The position numbers and the translations under genes were made by a program. A stretch of DNA of 64,000 nt from Sphaerodactylus townsendi. Taxonomy: Eukaryota. The notes below the pieces were generated by a model. It did no database searches. It was not told the origin of the DNA and was given only the letters and a program-made list of their open reading frames with translations. How positions within the stretch are numbered: position 1 is the stretch's first letter; the number at the start of each line of letters is the position of its first letter. Shown here one piece after another: positions 63,078-64,000 of this stretch. The stretch is taken from positions 29,264,001 to 29,328,000 of the forward strand of contig NC_059433.1 in assembly GCF_021028975.2 (NCBI RefSeq), in the 5' to 3' direction.

Positions 63078-63581
63078 CAGTGATGGTGAACCTTTTCAAG
63101 CCGGAGTGCCCAAATTGCAACCAAAAACCCACTTATTTATCGCAAAGTGCCATCACGGCAATTTAACCTGACTACTGAGGTTTTAGTTTAGAAAAAAACG
63201 GTTGGCACCGAGGCATGCATTACTCAGGAGTAAGCTTGGTGGTAGTCGGTGGCTTTGCTTTGAAGCAACTGTGCAACACTTTGAACGGGTGAATCACGAC
63301 CCTAGGAGGGTTTACTCAGAAGCAAAACCCATTGCCAGCAACCGAGCTTACTCCCAGGTAAAGGATCATGCTTTCGTTCTTCCCATGAAAATCAGTAGGG
63401 TTTAACAGCGCTTAACAGGGTTACCTACACTGCTTCCCCAAAACTAGGTCTTAGGTTTAATGCTAATAACCTCCCTGAAATAATTACACTATTATCACAT
63501 GACGAACTCTGTGCACGCGTGCCCACAGAGAGGGCTCTGAGTGCCACCTCTGGCACCCGTGCCATAGGTTCGCCACCACTG
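63078..63581. mobile_element. hAT non-autonomous element
   Basis: TIRs CAGTGATGGTGAACC...GGTTCGCCACCACTG; perfect 8-bp TSD TCCTAGAA (63070-63077, 63582-63589). Confidence 0.9.
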
Positions 63582-64000
63582 TCCTAGAATATACCCTCCC
63601 CCCTTTTTTTTAGTTTTCAGGGTTTTTTTTGCCAACTTGGGGACTACCCCAAGTTTGAAAAAATATCTACTAGGTGAGTGTGCCCCCATCTTCAGATTTA
63701 AGTATCCTCAGGTGAAAGACAGAGTTTGGAGTTAGATATATAGATATAAAAAGGTATAAAAATGTATGTAAACACAGCTCTTGTCTAATGCACTGGAGGC
63801 CTTCCCCTCACTGACTTGTCCTGTTGGAGTCATAAAGTTTCATATGAGGAACGTTTGTTTATCTGTGTTTCTGAGAAAGTGGATGGTATTGTACATATCT
63901 TTTTCTGTATTTCAGGAAGTAAGGTTGAACTTTTGCATCAAGACTTTGGTCAGCCATGAAATTCATCTGAATAACATGGATTGGCAACTTGGCATTGTGA

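Overview
Vertebrate nuclear DNA from a squamate reptile, probably a gecko judging by its repeat families. The block is syntenic with human 18q23, in reverse orientation. From left to right it holds five genes. (1-2) Two tandem minus-strand paralogues of a D-2-hydroxyacid dehydrogenase (GhrB/GRHPR-like 'glyoxylate/2-ketogluconate reductase'): paralogue B at 3.6-13.3 kb with its last exon not seen, and complete paralogue A at 18.0-24.7 kb with a candidate mitochondrial-leader exon. (3) TXNL4A on plus (142 aa, with an unexpected I28N), head-to-head with paralogue A across a CpG-rich promoter at about 26.5-27.3 kb. (4) HSBP1L1 on minus (70 aa), whose second intron is an AT-AC minor-spliceosome intron. 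(5) The promoter, uORF-rich leader and first coding exon of SLC66A2/PQLC1 on plus. Introns and spacers are dense with transposons: CR1, L2, RTE and Rex/Babar LINE pieces, tRNA- and 5S-derived SINEs, Penelope fragments with minimal hammerhead ribozyme motifs, Helitrons, and hAT (including SPIN-like), Harbinger and Tc/mariner MITEs, several of them nested. There is a 288-nt N gap at 1351-1638. Gene and repeat identities come from recalled family motifs, not from database searches.
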